DNA of 64,000 bases, from the NCBI GenBank assembly GCA_964016885.1, contig OZ024752.1, forward strand, positions 18,724,001 through 18,788,000, in the 5' to 3' direction. The notes beneath the pieces were generated by a model. The model had not been told where the DNA came from. It saw only the letters and a program-made list of their open reading frames with translations, and ran no database searches. Position 1 is the first letter of the stretch; every line of letters begins with the position of its first letter. Origin of the DNA: Eledone cirrhosa (lineage: Eukaryota). The position numbers and the translations under genes were made by a program. Positions 25,500 through 39,587 of this stretch are shown in pieces.

Positions 25500-28400
25500 T
25501 GTAAAGTAGTCGTGTAGGTGTTATAATAAAAAGTGGACAGCCCACACTGTAAAGTGGTCATGTAGGTGTTATAATAAAAAGTGGACAGCCCACACTGTAA
25601 AGTGGTTATGTAGGTGTTATAATAAAAAGTGGACAGCCCACACAGTAAAGTAGTCATGTAGGTGTTATAATAAAAAGTGGATAGCCCACACAGTAAAGTA
25701 GTCATGTAGGTGTTATAATAAAAAGTGGACAGCCCATACTGTAAAGTGGTTATGTAGGTGTTATAATAAAAAGTGGACAGCCCACACTGTAAAGTGGTCA
25801 TGTAGGTGTTATAATAAAAAGTGGACAGTCCACACTGTAAAGTGGTTATGTAGGTGTTATAATAAAAAGTGGACAGTCCACACTGTAAAGTAGTCGTGTA
25901 GGTGTTATAATAAAATGTGGACAGCCCACACTGTAAAGTGGTCATGTAGGTGTTATAATAAAAAGTGGACAGCCCACATTGTAAAGTAGTCATGTAGGTG
26001 TTATAATAAAAAGTGGACAGTGCACACTGTAAAGTAGTCATGTAGGTGTTATAATAAAAAGTGGACAGCCCATACTGTAAAGTGTTTATGTAGGTGTTAT
26101 AATAAAAAGTGGACAGTCCACACTGTAAAATAGTCATGTAGGTGTTATAATAAAAAGTGGACAGCCCACACAGTAAAGTGGTTGTGTAGGTGTTATAATA
26201 AAAAGAGGACAGCCCACACTGTAAAGTGGTTGTGTAGGTGTTATAATAAAAAGTGGACAGCCCACACTGTAAAGTGGTTGTGTAGGTGTTATAATAAAAA
26301 GTGGACAGTCCACACAGTAAAGTGGTCATGTAGGTGTTATAATAAAAAGTGGACAGCCCACATAGTAAAGTGGTTGTGTAGGTGTTATAATAAAAAGTGG
26401 ACAGCCCACACAGTAAAGTAGTCATGTAGGTGTTATAATAAAAAGTGGCCAGCCCACACTGTAAAGTAGTCATGTAGGTGTTATAATAAAAAGTGGACAG
26501 CCCACACTGTAAAGTGGTTGTGTAGGTGTTATAATAAAAAGTGGACAGCCCACACTGTAAAGTAGTCATGTAGGTGTTATAATAAAAAGTGGCCAGCCCA
26601 CACTGTAAAGTAGTCATGTAGGTGTTATAATAAAAAGTGGACAGCCCACACTGTAAAGTGGTTGTGTAGGTGTTATAATAAAAAGTGGATAGCCCACACT
26701 CTAAAGTAGTCATGTAGGTGTTATAATAAAAAGTGGACAGCCCACACAGTAAAGTAGTCATGTAGGTGTTATAATAAAAAGTGGATAGCCCACACTGTAA
26801 AGTAGTCATGTAGGTGTTATAATAAAAAGTGGATAGCCCACACTGTAAAGTAGTCATGTAGGTGTTATAATAAAAAGTGGACAGCTCACACTGTAAAGTA
26901 GTCATGTAGGTGTTATAATAAAACGTGGACAGCCCACACTGTAAAGTAGTCATGTAGGTGTTATAATAAAAGGTGGACAGCCCACACTGTAAAGTGGTCA
27001 TGTAGGTGTTATAATAAAATGTGGACAGCCCACACTGTAAATTGGTCATGTAGGTGTTATAATAAAAAGTGGACAGCACACATTGTAAAGTAGTCATGTA
27101 GGTGTTATAATAAAAAGTGGACAGCCCATACAGTAAAGTAGTCATGTAGGTGTTATAATAAAAAGTGGACAGCCCACACTGTAAAGTAGTCATGTAGGCG
27201 TTATAATAAAAAGTGGACAGCCCACACAGTAAAGTAGTCTTGTAGGTGTTATAATAAAAAGTGGACAGCCCACACAGTAAAGTAGTCATGTAGGTGTTAT
27301 AATAAAAAGTGGACTGTCCACACAGTAAAGTAGTCATATAGGTGTTATAATAAAAAGTGGACAGCCCACACAGTAAAGTAGTCATGTAGGTGTTATAATA
27401 AAAAGTGGACAGCCCACACAGTAAAGTAGTCATGTAGGTGTTATAATAAAAAGTGGACAGCCCACACAGTAAAGTAGTCATGTAGGTGTTATAATAAAAA
27501 GTGGACAGCCCACACAGTAAAGTAGTCATGTAGGCGTTATAATAAAAAGTGGATAGCCCACACAGTAAAGTAGTCATGTAGGTGTTATAATAAAAAGTGG
27601 ACAGTCCACACTGTAAAGTAGTCATGTAGGTGTTATAATAAAAAGTGGACAGCCCACACTGTAAAGTGGTTATGTAGGTGTTATAATAAAAAGTGGACAG
27701 CCCACACTGTAAAGTGGTTGTGTAGGTGTTATAATAAAAAGTGGACAGCCCACACTGTAAAGTGGTTGTGTAGGTGTTATAATAAAAAGTGGACAGCCCA
27801 CACTGTAAAGTGGTTGTGTAGGTGTTATAATAAAAAGTAGACAGTCCACACTGTAAAGTGGTCATGTAGGTGTTATAATAAAAAGTGGACAGACCACACT
27901 GTAAAGTGGTTATGTAGGTGTTATAATAAAAAGTGGACAGTCCACACTGTAAAATAGTCATGTAGGTGTTATAATAAAAAGTGGACAGCCCACACTGTAA
28001 AGTGGTTGTGTAGGTGTTATAATAAAAAGTGGACAGCCCACACTGTAAAGTGGTTATGTAGGTGTTATAATAAAAAGTGGACAGCCCACACTGTAAAGTG
28101 GTTGTGTAGGTGTTATAATAAAAAGTGGACAGCCCACACTGTAGAGTGGTTATGTAGGTGTTATAATAAAAAGTGGACAGCCCACACTGTAAAGTGGTTG
28201 TGTAGGTGTTATAATAAAAAGTGGACAGCCCACACTGTAAAGTGGTTGTGTAGGTGTTATAATAAAAAGTGGACAGCCCACACTGTAAAGTGGTTGTGTA
28301 GGTGTTATAATAAAAAGTGGACAGCCCACACTGTAAAGTGGTTGTGTAGGTGTTATAATAAAAAGTGGACAGCCCACACTGTAAAGTGGTTGTGTAGGTG

Positions 28401-31400
28401 TTATAATAAAAAGTGGACAGCCCACACTGTAAAGTAGTCATGTAGGTGTTATAATAAAAAGTGGACAGCCCACACTGTAAAGTAGTCATGTAGGTGTTAT
28501 AATAAAAAGTGGACAGCCCACACTGTAAAGTAGTCATGTAGGTGTTATAATAAAAAGTGGACAGCCCACACTGTAAAGTGGTTGTGTAGGTGTTATAATA
28601 AAAAGTGGACAGCCCACACTGTAAAGTAGTCATGTAGGTGTTATAATAAAAAGTGGCCAGCCCACACTGTAAAGTAGTCATGTAGGTGTTATAATAAAAA
28701 GTGGACAGCCCACACTGTAAAGTGGTTGTGTAGGTGTTATAATAAAAAGTGGATAGCCCACACTCTAAAGTAGTCATGTAGGTGTTATAATAAAAAGTGG
28801 ACAGCCCACACAGTAAAGTAGTCATGTAGGTGTTATAATAAAAAGTGGATAGCCCACACTGTAAAGTAGTCATGTAGGTGTTATAATAAAAAGTGGATAG
28901 CCCACACTGTAAAGTAGTCATGTAGGTGTTATAATAAAAAGTGGATAGCCCACACTGTAAAGTAGTCATGTAGGTGTTATAATAAAAAGTGGACAGCTCA
29001 CACTGTAAAGTAGTCATGTAGGTGTTATAATAAAACGTGGACAGCCCACACTGTAAAGTAGTCATGTAGGTGTTATAATAAAAAGTGGACAGCCCACACT
29101 GTAAAGTGGTCATGTAGGTGTTATAATAAAATGTGGACAGCCCACACTGTAAAGTGGTCATGTAGGTGTTATAATAAAAAGTGGACAGCACACATTGTAA
29201 AGTAGTCATGTAGGCGTTATAATAAAAAGTGGACAGCCCATACAGTAAAGTAGTCATGTAGGTGTTATAATAAAAAGTGGACAGCCCACACTGTAAAGTA
29301 GTCATGTAGGCGTTATAATAAAAAGTGGACAGCCCACACAGTAAAGTAGTCATGTAGGTGTTATAATAAAAAGTGGACAGCCCACACAGTAAAGTAGTCA
29401 TATAGGTGTTATAATAAAAAGTGGACAGCCCACACAGTAAAGTAGTCATGTAGGTGTTATAATAAAAAGTGGACAGCCCACACAGTAAAGTAGTCATGTA
29501 GGTGTTATAATAAAAAGTGGACAGCCCACACAGTAAAGTAGTCATGTAGGCGTTATAATAAAAAGTGGACAGCCCACACAGTAAAGTAGTCATGTAGGCG
29601 TTATAATAAAAAGTGGATAGCCCACACAGTAAAGTAGTCATGTAGGTGTTATAATAAAAAGTGGACAGTCCACACTGTAAAGTAGTCATGTAGGTGTTAT
29701 AATAAAAAGTGGACAGCCCACACTGTAAAGTGGTTATGTAGGTGTTATAATAAAAAGTGGACAGCCCACACTGTAAAGTGGTTGTGTAGGTGTTATAATA
29801 AAAAGTGGACAGCCCACACTGTAAAGTGGTTGTGTAGGTGTTATAATAAAAAGTGGACAGCCCACACTGTAAAGTGGTCATGTAGGTGTTATAATAAAAA
29901 GTGGACAGCCCACACTGTAAAGTGGTTATGTAGGTGTTATAATAAAAAGTGGACAGCCCACACAGTAAAGTAGTCATGTAGGTGTTATAATAAAAAGTGG
30001 ATAGCCCACACAGTAAAGTAGTCATGTAGGTGTTATAATAAAAAGTGGACAGCCCATACTGTAAAGTGGTTATGTAGGTGTTATAATAAAAAGTGGACAG
30101 CCCACACTGTAAAGTGGTCATGTAGGTGTTATAATAAAAAGTGGACAGTCCACACTGTAAAGTGGTTATGTAGGTGTTATAATAAAAAGTGGACAGTCCA
30201 CACTGTAAAGTAGTCGTGTAGGTGTTATAATAAAATGTGGACAGCCCACACTGTAAAGTGGTCATGTAGGTGTTATAATAAAAAGTGGACAGCCCACATT
30301 GTAAAGTAGTCATGTAGGTGTTATAATAAAAAGTGGACAGTGCACACTGTAAAGTAGTCATGTAGGTGTTATAATAAAAAGTGGACAGCCCATACTGTAA
30401 AGTGTTTATGTAGGTGTTATAATAAAAAGTGGACAGTCCACACTGTAAAATAGTCATGTAGGTGTTATAATAAAAAGTGGACAGCCCACACAGTAAAGTG
30501 GTTGTGTAGGTGTTATAATAAAAAGAGTACAGCCCACACTGTAAAGTGGTTGTGTAGGTGTTATAATAAAAAGTGGACAGCCCACACTGTAAAGTGGTTG
30601 TGTAGGTGTTATAATAAAAAGTGGACAGTCCACACAGTAAAGTGGTCATGTAGGTGTTATAATAAAAAGTGGACAGCCCACATAGTAAAGTGGTTGTGTA
30701 GGTGTTATAATAAAAAGTGGACAGCCCACACAGTAAAGTAGTCATGTAGGTGTTATAATAAAAAGTGGCCAGCCCACACTGTAAAGTAGTCATGTAGGTG
30801 TTATAATAAAAAGTGGACAGCCCACACTGTAAAGTGGTTGTGTAGGTGTTATAATAAAAAGTGGACAGCCCACACTGTAAAGTAGTCATGTAGGTGTTAT
30901 AATAAAAAGTGGCCAGCCCACACTGTAAAGTAGTCATGTAGGTGTTATAATAAAAGGTGGACAGCCCACACTGTAAAGTGGTTGTGTAGGTGTTATAATA
31001 AAAAGTGGATAGCCCACACTCTAAAGTAGTCATGTAGGTGTTATAATAAAAAGTGGACAGCCCACACAGTAAAGTAGTCATGTAGGTGTTATAATAAAAA
31101 GTGGATAGCCCACACTGTAAAGTAGTCATGTAGGTGTTATAATAAAAAGTGGATAGCCCACACTGTAAAGTAGTCATGTAGGTGTTATAATAAAAAGTGG
31201 ATAGCCCACACTGTAAAGTAGTCATGTAGGTGTTATAATAAAAAGTGGACAGCTCACACTGTAAAGTAGTCATGTAGGTGTTATAATAAAACGTGGACAG
31301 CCCACACTGTAAAGTAGTCATGTAGGTGTTATAATAAAAAGTGGATAGCCCACACTGTAAAGTGGTTGTGTAGGTGTTATAATAAAAAGTGGACAGCCCA

Positions 31401-34400
31401 CACTGTAAAGTAGTCATGTAGGTGTTATAATAAAAAGTGGCCAGCCCACACTGTAAAGTAGTCATGTAGGTGTTATAATAAAAAGTGGACAGCCCACACT
31501 GTAAAGTGGTTGTGTAGGTGTTATAATAAAAAGTGGATAGCCCACACTCTAAAGTAGTCATGTAGGTGTTATAATAAAAAGTGGACAGCCCACACAGTAA
31601 AGTAGTCATGTAGGTGTTATAATAAAAAGTGGATAGCCCACACTGTAAAGTAGTCATGTAGGTGTTATAATAAAAAGTGGATAGCCCACACTGTAAAGTA
31701 GTCATGTAGGTGTTATAATAAAAAGTGGACAGCTCACACTGTAAAGTAGTCATGTAGGTGTTATAATAAAACGTGGACAGCCCACACTGTAAAGTAGTCA
31801 TGTAGGTGTTATAATAAAAGGTGGACAGCCCACACTGTAAAGTGGTCATGTAGGTGTTATAATAAAATGTGGACAGCCCACACTGTAAATTGGTCATGTA
31901 GGTGTTATAATAAAAAGTGGACAGCACACATTGTAAAGTAGTCATGTAGGTGTTATAATAAAAAGTGGACAGCCCATACAGTAAAGTAGTCATGTAGGTG
32001 TTATAATAAAAAGTGGACAGCCCACACTGTAAAGTAGTCATGTAGGCGTTATAATAAAAAGTGGACAGCCCACACAGTAAAGTAGTCTTGTAGGTGTTAT
32101 AATAAAAAGTGGACAGCCCACACAGTAAAGTAGTCATGTAGGTGTTATAATAAAAAGTGGACTGTCCACACAGTAAAGTAGTCATATAGGTGTTATAATA
32201 AAAAGTGGACAGCCCACACAGTAAAGTAGTCATGTAGGTGTTATAATAAAAAGTGGACAGCCCACACAGTAAAGTAGTCATGTAGGTGTTATAATAAAAA
32301 GTGGACAGCCCACACAGTAAAGTAGTCATGTAGGTGTTATAATAAAAAGTGGACAGCCCACACAGTAAAGTAGTCATGTAGGCGTTATAATAAAAAGTGG
32401 ATAGCCCACACAGTAAAGTAGTCATGTAGGTGTTATAATAAAAAGTGGACAGTCCACACTGTAAAGTAGTCATGTAGGTGTTATAATAAAAAGTGGACAG
32501 CCCACACTGTAAAGTGGTTATGTAGGTGTTATAATAAAAAGTGGACAGCCCACACTGTAAAGTGGTTGTGTAGGTGTTATAATAAAAAGTGGACAGCCCA
32601 CACTGTAAAGTGGTTGTGTAGGTGTTATAATAAAAAGTGGACAGCCCACACTGTAAAGTGGTTGTGTAGGTGTTATAATAAAAAGTAGACAGTCCACACT
32701 GTAAAGTGGTCATGTAGGTGTTATAATAAAAAGTGGACAGACCACACTGTAAAGTGGTTATGTAGGTGTTATAATAAAAAGTGGACAGTCCACACTGTAA
32801 AATAGTCATGTAGGTGTTATAATAAAAAGTGGACAGCCCACACTGTAAAGTGGTTGTGTAGGTGTTATAATAAAAAGTGGACAGCCCACACTGTAAAGTG
32901 GTTATGTAGGTGTTATAATAAAAAGTGGACAGCCCACACTGTAAAGTGGTTGTGTAGGTGTTATAATAAAAAGTGGACAGCCCACACTGTAGAGTGGTTA
33001 TGTAGGTGTTATAATAAAAAGTGGACAGCCCACACTGTAAAGTGGTTGTGTAGGTGTTATAATAAAAAGTGGACAGCCCACACTGTAAAGTGGTTGTGTA
33101 GGTGTTATAATAAAAAGTGGACAGCCCACACTGTAAAGTGGTTGTGTAGGTGTTATAATAAAAAGTGGACAGCCCACACTGTAAAGTGGTTGTGTAGGTG
33201 TTATAATAAAAAGTGGACAGCCCACACTGTAAAGTGGTTGTGTAGGTGTTATAATAAAAAGTGGACAGCCCACACTGTAAAGTAGTCATGTAGGTGTTAT
33301 AATAAAAAGTGGACAGCCCACACTGTAAAGTAGTCATGTAGGTGTTATAATAAAAAGTGGACAGCCCACACTGTAAAGTAGTCATGTAGGTGTTATAATA
33401 AAAAGTGGACAGCCCACACTGTAAAGTGGTTGTGTAGGTGTTATAATAAAAAGTGGACAGCCCACACTGTAAAGTAGTCATGTAGGTGTTATAATAAAAA
33501 GTGGCCAGCCCACACTGTAAAGTAGTCATGTAGGTGTTATAATAAAAAGTGGACAGCCCACACTGTAAAGTGGTTGTGTAGGTGTTATAATAAAAAGTGG
33601 ATAGCCCACACTCTAAAGTAGTCATGTAGGTGTTATAATAAAAAGTGGACAGCCCACACAGTAAAGTAGTCATGTAGGTGTTATAATAAAAAGTGGATAG
33701 CCCACACTGTAAAGTAGTCATGTAGGTGTTATAATAAAAAGTGGATAGCCCACACTGTAAAGTAGTCATGTAGGTGTTATAATAAAAAGTGGATAGCCCA
33801 CACTGTAAAGTAGTCATGTAGGTGTTATAATAAAAAGTGGACAGCTCACACTGTAAAGTAGTCATGTAGGTGTTATAATAAAACGTGGACAGCCCACACT
33901 GTAAAGTAGTCATGTAGGTGTTATAATAAAAAGTGGACAGCCCACACTGTAAAGTGGTCATGTAGGTGTTATAATAAAATGTGGACAGCCCACACTGTAA
34001 AGTGGTCATGTAGGTGTTATAATAAAAAGTGGACAGCACACATTGTAAAGTAGTCATGTAGGCGTTATAATAAAAAGTGGACAGCCCATACAGTAAAGTA
34101 GTCATGTAGGTGTTATAATAAAAAGTGGACAGCCCACACTGTAAAGTAGTCATGTAGGCGTTATAATAAAAAGTGGACAGCCCACACAGTAAAGTAGTCA
34201 TGTAGGTGTTATAATAAAAAGTGGACAGCCCACACAGTAAAGTAGTCATATAGGTGTTATAATAAAAAGTGGACAGCCCACACAGTAAAGTAGTCATGTA
34301 GGTGTTATAATAAAAAGTGGACAGCCCACACAGTAAAGTAGTCATGTAGGTGTTATAATAAAAAGTGGACAGCCCACACAGTAAAGTAGTCATGTAGGCG

Positions 34401-37400
34401 TTATAATAAAAAGTGGACAGCCCACACAGTAAAGTAGTCATGTAGGCGTTATAATAAAAAGTGGATAGCCCACACAGTAAAGTAGTCATGTAGGTGTTAT
34501 AATAAAAAGTGGACAGTCCACACTGTAAAGTAGTCATGTAGGTGTTATAATAAAAAGTGGACAGCCCACACTGTAAAGTGGTTATGTAGGTGTTATAATA
34601 AAAAGTGGACAGCCCACACTGTAAAGTGGTTGTGTAGGTGTTATAATAAAAAGTGGACAGCCCACACTGTAAAGTGGTTGTGTAGGTGTTATAATAAAAA
34701 GTGGACAGCCCACACTGTAAAGTGGTCATGTAGGTGTTATAATAAAAAGTGGACAGCCCACACTGTAAAGTGGTTATGTAGGTGTTATAATAAAAAGTGG
34801 ACAGCCCACACAGTAAAGTAGTCATGTAGGTGTTATAATAAAAAGTGGATAGCCCACACAGTAAAGTAGTCATGTAGGTGTTATAATAAAAAGTGGACAG
34901 CCCATACTGTAAAGTGGTTATGTAGGTGTTATAATAAAAAGTGGACAGCCCACACTGTAAAGTGGTCATGTAGGTGTTATAATAAAAAGTGGACAGTCCA
35001 CACTGTAAAGTGGTTATGTAGGTGTTATAATAAAAAGTGGACAGTCCACACTGTAAAGTAGTCGTGTAGGTGTTATAATAAAATGTGGACAGCCCACACT
35101 GTAAAGTGGTCATGTAGGTGTTATAATAAAAAGTGGACAGCCCACATTGTAAAGTAGTCATGTAGGTGTTATAATAAAAAGTGGACAGTGCACACTGTAA
35201 AGTAGTCATGTAGGTGTTATAATAAAAAGTGGACAGCCCATACTGTAAAGTGTTTATGTAGGTGTTATAATAAAAAGTGGACAGTCCACACTGTAAAATA
35301 GTCATGTAGGTGTTATAATAAAAAGTGGACAGCCCACACAGTAAAGTGGTTGTGTAGGTGTTATAATAAAAAGAGTACAGCCCACACTGTAAAGTGGTTG
35401 TGTAGGTGTTATAATAAAAAGTGGACAGCCCACACTGTAAAGTGGTTGTGTAGGTGTTATAATAAAAAGTGGACAGTCCACACAGTAAAGTGGTCATGTA
35501 GGTGTTATAATAAAAAGTGGACAGCCCACATAGTAAAGTGGTTGTGTAGGTGTTATAATAAAAAGTGGACAGCCCACACAGTAAAGTAGTCATGTAGGTG
35601 TTATAATAAAAAGTGGCCAGCCCACACTGTAAAGTAGTCATGTAGGTGTTATAATAAAAAGTGGACAGCCCACACTGTAAAGTGGTTGTGTAGGTGTTAT
35701 AATAAAAAGTGGACAGCCCACACTGTAAAGTAGTCATGTAGGTGTTATAATAAAAAGTGGCCAGCCCACACTGTAAAGTAGTCATGTAGGTGTTATAATA
35801 AAAGGTGGACAGCCCACACTGTAAAGTGGTTGTGTAGGTGTTATAATAAAAAGTGGATAGCCCACACTCTAAAGTAGTCATGTAGGTGTTATAATAAAAA
35901 GTGGACAGCCCACACAGTAAAGTAGTCATGTAGGTGTTATAATAAAAAGTGGATAGCCCACACTGTAAAGTAGTCATGTAGGTGTTATAATAAAAAGTGG
36001 ATAGCCCACACTGTAAAGTAGTCATGTAGGTGTTATAATAAAAAGTGGATAGCCCACACTGTAAAGTAGTCATGTAGGTGTTATAATAAAAAGTGGACAG
36101 CTCACACTGTAAAGTAGTCATGTAGGTGTTATAATAAAACGTGGACAGCCCACACTGTAAAGTAGTCATGTAGGTGTTATAATAAAAGGTGGACAGCCCA
36201 CACTGTAAAGTGGTCATGTAGGTGTTATAATAAAATGTGGACAGCCCACACTGTAAATTGGTCATGTAGGTGTTATAATAAAAAGTGGACAGCACACATT
36301 GTAAAGTAGTCATGTAGGTGTTATAATAAAAAGTGGACAGCCCATACAGTAAAGTAGTCATGTAGGTGTTATAATAAAAAGTGGACAGCCCACACTGTAA
36401 AGTAGTCATGTAGGCGTTATAATAAAAAGTGGACAGCCCACACAGTAAAGTAGTCTTGTAGGTGTTATAATAAAAAGTGGACAGCCCACACAGTAAAGTA
36501 GTCATGTAGGTGTTATAATAAAAAGTGGACTGTCCACACAGTAAAGTAGTCATATAGGTGTTATAATAAAAAGTGGACAGCCCACACAGTAAAGTAGTCA
36601 TGTAGGTGTTATAATAAAAAGTGGACAGCCCACACAGTAAAGTAGTCATGTAGGTGTTATAATAAAAAGTGGACAGCCCACACAGTAAAGTAGTCATGTA
36701 GGTGTTATAATAAAAAGTGGACAGCCCACACAGTAAAGTAGTCATGTAGGTGTTATAATAAAAAGTGGACAGCCCACACAGTAAAGTAGTCATGTAGGCG
36801 TTATAATAAAAAGTGGACAGCCCACACAGTAAAGTAGTCATGTAGGCGTTATAATAAAAAGTGGATAGCCCACACAGTAAAGTAGTCATGTAGGTGTTAT
36901 AATAAAAAGTGGACAGTCCACACTGTAAAGTAGTCATGTAGGTGTTATAATAAAAAGTGGACAGCCCACACTGTAAAGTGGTTATGTAGGTGTTATAATA
37001 AAAAGTGGACAGCCCACACTGTAAAGTGGTTGTGTAGGTGTTATAATAAAAAGTGGACAGCCCACACTGTAAAGTGGTTGTGTAGGTGTTATAATAAAAA
37101 GTGGACAGCCCACACTGTAAAGTGGTTGTGTAGGTGTTATAATAAAAAGTAGACAGTCCACACTGTAAAGTGGTCATGTAGGTGTTATAATAAAAAGTGG
37201 ACAGTCCACACTGTAAAGTGGTTATGTAGGTGTTATAATAAAAAGTGGACAGTCCACACTGTAAAATAGTCATGTAGGTGTTATAATAAAAAGTGGACAG
37301 CCCACACTGTAAAGTGGTTGTGTAGGTGTTATAATAAAAAGTGGACAGCCCACACTGTAAAGTGGTTATGTAGGTGTTATAATAAAAAGTGGACAGCCCA

Positions 37401-38800
37401 CACTGTAAAGTGGTTGTGTAGGTGTTATAATAAAAAGTGGACAGCCCACACTGTAGAGTGGTTATGTAGGTGTTATAATAAAAAGTGGACAGCCCACACT
37501 GTAAAGTGGTTGTGTAGGTGTTATAATAAAAAGTGGACAGCCCACACTGTAAAGTGGTTGTGTAGGTGTTATAATAAAAAGTGGACAGCCCACACTGTAA
37601 AGTGGTTGTGTAGGTGTTATAATAAAAAGTGGACAGCCCACACTGTAAAGTGGTTGTGTAGGTGTTATAATAAAAAGTGGACAGCCCACACTGTAAAGTG
37701 GTTGTGTAGGTGTTATAATAAAAAGTGGACAGCCCACACTGTAAAGTAGTCATGTAGGTGTTATAATAAAAAGTGGACAGCCCACACTGTAAAGTAGTCA
37801 TGTAGGTGTTATAATAAAAAGTGGACAGCCCACACTGTAAAGTAGTCATGTAGGTGTTATAATAAAAAGTGGACAGCCCACACTGTAAAGTGGTTGTGTA
37901 GGTGTTATAATAAAAAGTGGACAGCCCACACTGTAAAGTAGTCATGTAGGTGTTATAATAAAAAGTGGCCAGCCCACACTGTAAAGTAGTCATGTAGGTG
38001 TTATAATAAAAAGTGGACAGCCCACACTGTAAAGTGGTTGTGTAGGTGTTATAATAAAAAGTGGATAGCCCACACTCTAAAGTAGTCATGTAGGTGTTAT
38101 AATAAAAAGTGGACAGCCCACACAGTAAAGTAGTCATGTAGGTGTTATAATAAAAAGTGGATAGCCCACACTGTAAAGTAGTCATGTAGGTGTTATAATA
38201 AAAAGTGGATAGCCCACACTGTAAAGTAGTCATGTAGGTGTTATAATAAAAAGTGGATAGCCCACACTGTAAAGTAGTCATGTAGGTGTTATAATAAAAA
38301 GTGGACAGCTCACACTGTAAAGTAGTCATGTAGGTGTTATAATAAAACGTGGACAGCCCACACTGTAAAGTAGTCATGTAGGTGTTATAATAAAAAGTGG
38401 ACAGCCCACACTGTAAAGTGGTCATGTAGGTGTTATAATAAAATGTGGACAGCCCACACTGTAAAGTGGTCATGTAGGTGTTATAATAAAAAGTGGACAG
38501 CACACATTGTAAAGTAGTCATGTAGGCGTTATAATAAAAAGTGGACAGCCCATACAGTAAAGTAGTCATGTAGGTGTTATAATAAAAAGTGGACAGCCCA
38601 CACTGTAAAGTAGTCATGTAGGCGTTATAATAAAAAGTGGACAGCCCACACAGTAAAGTAGTCATGTAGGTGTTATAATAAAAAGTGGACAGCCCACACA
38701 GTAAAGTAGTCATATAGGTGTTATAATAAAAAGTGGACAGCCCACACAGTAAAGTAGTCATGTAGGTGTTATAATAAAAAGTGGACAGCCCACACAGTAA
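25500..38800. repeat. About three tandem copies of a 4.3-4.85-kb higher-order unit (90-101 monomers)
   Basis: GTAGTCTTG occurs at 27240/32088/36456 (+4848, +4368). The TGTAGAG block recurs at ORF starts 28006/32854/37318 and the AAAGAG block at 26182/30502/35350. All offsets are exact multiples of 48. Boundaries are approximate. Confidence 0.85.
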
Positions 38801-39587
38801 AGTAGTCATGTAGGTGTTATAATAAAAAGTGGACAGCTCACACTGTAAAGTAGTCATGTAGGTGTTATAATAAAACGTGGACAGCCCACACTGTAAAGTA
38901 GTCATGTAGGTGTTATAATAAAAAGTGGACAGCCCACACTGTAAAGTGGTCATGTAGGTGTTATAATAAAATGTGGACAGCCCACACTGTAAAGTGGTCA
39001 TGTAGGTGTTATAATAAAAAGTGGACAGCACACATTGTAAAGTAGTCATGTAGGCGTTATAATAAAAAGTGGACCCCACACAGTAAAGTAGTCATGTAGG
39101 TGTTATAATAAAAAGTGGACAGCCCACACAGTAAAGTAGTCATGTAGGTGTTATAATAAAAAGTGGACAGCCCACACAGTAAAGTAGTCATGTAGGTGTT
39201 ATAATAAAAAGTGGACAGTCCACACTGTAAAGTAGTCATGTAGGTGTTATAATAAAAAGTGGACAGCCCACACTGTAAAGTGGTTATGTAGGTGTTATAA
39301 TAAAAAGTGGACAGCCCACACTGTAAAGTGGTTGTGTAGGTGTTATAATAAAAAGTGGACAGCCCACACTGTAAAGTGGTTGTGTAGGTGTTATAATAAA
39401 AAGTGGACAGCCCACACTGTAAAGTGGTTGTGTAGGTGTTATAATAAAAAGTAGACAGTCCACACTGTAAAGTGGTCATGTAGGTGTTATAATAAAAAGT
39501 GGACAGTCCACACTGTAAAGTGGTTATGTAGGTGTTATAATAAAAAGTGGACAGTCCACACTGTAAAATAGTCATGTAGGTGTTATA

